A DNA stretch of 60,396 bases, taken from an uncultured Pseudomonadota bacterium. GTDB taxonomy: Bacteria > Pseudomonadota > Alphaproteobacteria > RF32 > CAG-239. Within the stretch, counting starts at the first letter, position 1, and each line of letters starts with the position of its first letter. This document shows positions 58,805-60,396 of the stretch, one piece after another. The translations under genes and the position numbers were made by a program. The DNA lies in assembly GCA_902785935.1 (NCBI GenBank), contig CADAAN010000005.1, positions 1-60,396 of the forward strand, in the 5' to 3' direction. The notes under the pieces were generated by a model that was not told the origin of the DNA, did no database searches, and saw nothing but the letters and a program-made list of their open reading frames with translations.

Positions 58805-60022
58805 ATGATGGCCGCTTTGTATCAAATTTCGGAAGTTGTCAAGGAAAAGTCAGGTGTTAAACGCCTGACTTTAACCGACTTTAGAAACTATGCTTATTTG
58901 CGATTTGAGCCTGAAATTTGTCCTGTGATTATCACAGGTGAGAATGGTAGCGGCAAAACCAATATTTTAGAGGCAATCTCTTTTTTAACACCTGGCAGGG
59001 GGTTAAGATCTGCCAAAATGGCAGATATCAAACGACTAACACCGGCTTTGGTCGAAGAAAGCTATGCCAAAGCGGATAAAAGTTATTCTTGGGCAGTTTC
59101 GGCAGATGTTGTGAAAAACGGTGAAGAATTTACGCTTTCAACAGCGGTTCAAAAAGCACAAAAAGAATATGAAAACGACTTGCGCACGTTTGACCGACGG
59201 ATTGTGCAAATCGACGGACAAAAAGCCTCTACGCAGGCGGAACTTGGCAAGTATATGTCAGCTGTTTGGGTAACTCCGCAGATGGACAGGATTTTTTTGG
59301 GCGGACCTCAGCCGAGGCGCAGTTTTTTGGATCGCATCGTTTATAGTTTTGATATAGAACATGCCAAGCGTACGGCCTTGTTTGAACATCTTTATAAAGA
59401 ATGGCTCAAACTGATTAAAAGCGGGGTCAAGGACAATTTATGGCTTTTAAGCCTTGAAGATCAGATGGCATCGACAGGCGTATCCATTGCGGCGGCAAGG
59501 CGAGAGATTATTGCTCGGCTTAATACTTTTATTGAAAAAGAGCCGGACGATGTTTTTCCGAATTTAAGGCTTGAACTTGATGGAAAAATCGAGCAAATGC
59601 TTGACCAAAAGCCGGCGATTGATGTTGAAGATTATTATAAAGAAAGCCTTTATCACAGCCGGCATCTGATATTGGAAAATGAAGCGGCCGAGGGCGTCAA
59701 TCGCACGGATTTTAAGGTTTATTTCAAAAAGAAAAATATGCCGGCGGAGCTTTGTTCGACAGGTGAGCAAAAATCATTGCTTGTCAGCATTATTTTAAGC
59801 CAAACGAAGTGTCAGATGCTTGACAAAGGTTTTGCCCCGGTTTTGCTTCTTGATGAAGTTACAACTCACCTTGATGATATCAAAAAAGATGCGCTTTTGC
59901 ACAAAATTTGCGATTTGAAATTGCAAGCTTTTATGACATCAACGGATAAAGATTCATTTGGTGTTTTGAAAAATGATGCGCAGTTTTTTGTGCTGAAAAA
60001 TAATCAGATTTTTGAAAATTAA
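58805..60022 (+). CDS. recF: DNA replication and repair protein RecF
   Basis: Walker A GENGSGKTNILEAISFL, signature STGEQKSL, Walker B LLLDEV. Confidence 0.93.
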   Translation: MMAALYQISEVVKEKSGVKRLTLTDFRNYAYLRFEPEICPVIITGENGSGKTNILEAISFLTPGRGLRSAKMADIKRLTPALVEESYAKADKSYSWAVSADVVKNGEEFTLSTAVQKAQKEYENDLRTFDRRIVQIDGQKASTQAELGKYMSAVWVTPQMDRIFLGGPQPRRSFLDRIVYSFDIEHAKRTALFEHLYKEWLKLIKSGVKDNLWLLSLEDQMASTGVSIAAARREIIARLNTFIEKEPDDVFPNLRLELDGKIEQMLDQKPAIDVEDYYKESLYHSRHLILENEAAEGVNRTDFKVYFKKKNMPAELCSTGEQKSLLVSIILSQTKCQMLDKGFAPVLLLDEVTTHLDDIKKDALLHKICDLKLQAFMTSTDKDSFGVLKNDAQFFVLKNNQIFEN

Positions 60023-60095
60023 TCTTTAAATGATGAAGACTGATAAAAAGCAACCTGCCGGCTATGCCGGCGGGTTGCTTTTTTTACAAAATACC

Positions 60096-60396
60096 TTAAT
60101 AACTTCTGGCATAAATTACATCCATCGAGGCATCTTTGCCTGTCAATAAGCATTTGCCCTTTGTACCTGATTGCTCTAAAGGCAGGCAGCGAATGGCAAT
60201 CTTGAGCTCTTTTAAGAGTTCTTCCGTTTTTTCATCGCCGCTCCATTTGCCTTTCACAAAGGCAACTTTGCCAACCTTTCCGTCTTCAATCCACTCGTTT
60301 GAATTTGAAAAATAGGCCTTAAATTCTTCAGGACTTGAGATATCCGTCCGGATATTTTGATCCATGCGCGCTTTGGCGCGGTCAAACAGCTCTTTT
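60096..60396 (-). CDS. proS: Proline--tRNA ligase, C-terminal end (5' part lies outside the window)
   Basis: ...AIRCLPLEQSGTKGKCLLTGKDASMDVIYARSY* fits the archaeal/eukaryote-like ProRS C-terminal domain, which ends in Tyr. The frame is open to the window end. Confidence 0.65.
   Translation of the reverse strand, partial: KELFDRAKARMDQNIRTDISSPEEFKAYFSNSNEWIEDGKVGKVAFVKGKWSGDEKTEELLKELKIAIRCLPLEQSGTKGKCLLTGKDASMDVIYARSY

Overview
AT-rich chromosomal segment from a diderm bacterium. The gene content looks proteobacterial, probably alphaproteobacteria-like, and HydE suggests an anaerobe; both points are inference only. Housekeeping genes make up the backbone: lepA, an RNase J-like gene, glgB-glgX-malQ, rsmB, radC, valS, rnd, rho, htpX, glyQS, rpoD, folA-thyA, mfd, pit plus a DUF47 gene, dsbA, an nlpD-like gene, dnaN-recF, a partial proS, tRNA-Ser(GCU) and tRNA-Val(GAC). 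Two multi-copy signals overlay this backbone and are not explained by ordinary annotation. (1) A structured 5' leader RNA of about 220-255 nt occurs in six clear copies plus one divergent copy. Each copy has its own sigma70-like promoter, two intrinsic terminators in series and helices that covary between copies. The copies sit upstream of BspA-type LRR surface proteins, a type IV pilin-like gene pair, a membrane methyltransferase and a Lys/Glu-rich protein. I could not match it to any riboswitch or leader class I know. (2) A C-terminal tag of about 24 aa, (K/R)RIYTI(D/E)EANxVAGxxNxFxIRYR, ends four full-length secreted LRR proteins. It also survives in four orphan or truncated 3' fragments scattered through intergenic DNA. 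Further oddities: a 77-bp tandem duplication of the pilin start region; a two-member uncharacterised protein family (LYHY...FEGRSR...TEP...KYLKKI), each member sitting directly upstream of a leader copy; an att-like duplication of the tRNA-Val 3' end; a nested-palindrome MITE-like insert; and a YadA-like adhesin ORF with no signal peptide whose 5' end runs antisense into a truncated glmU 3' fragment. No CRISPR array, rRNA, transposase or integrase gene was seen.
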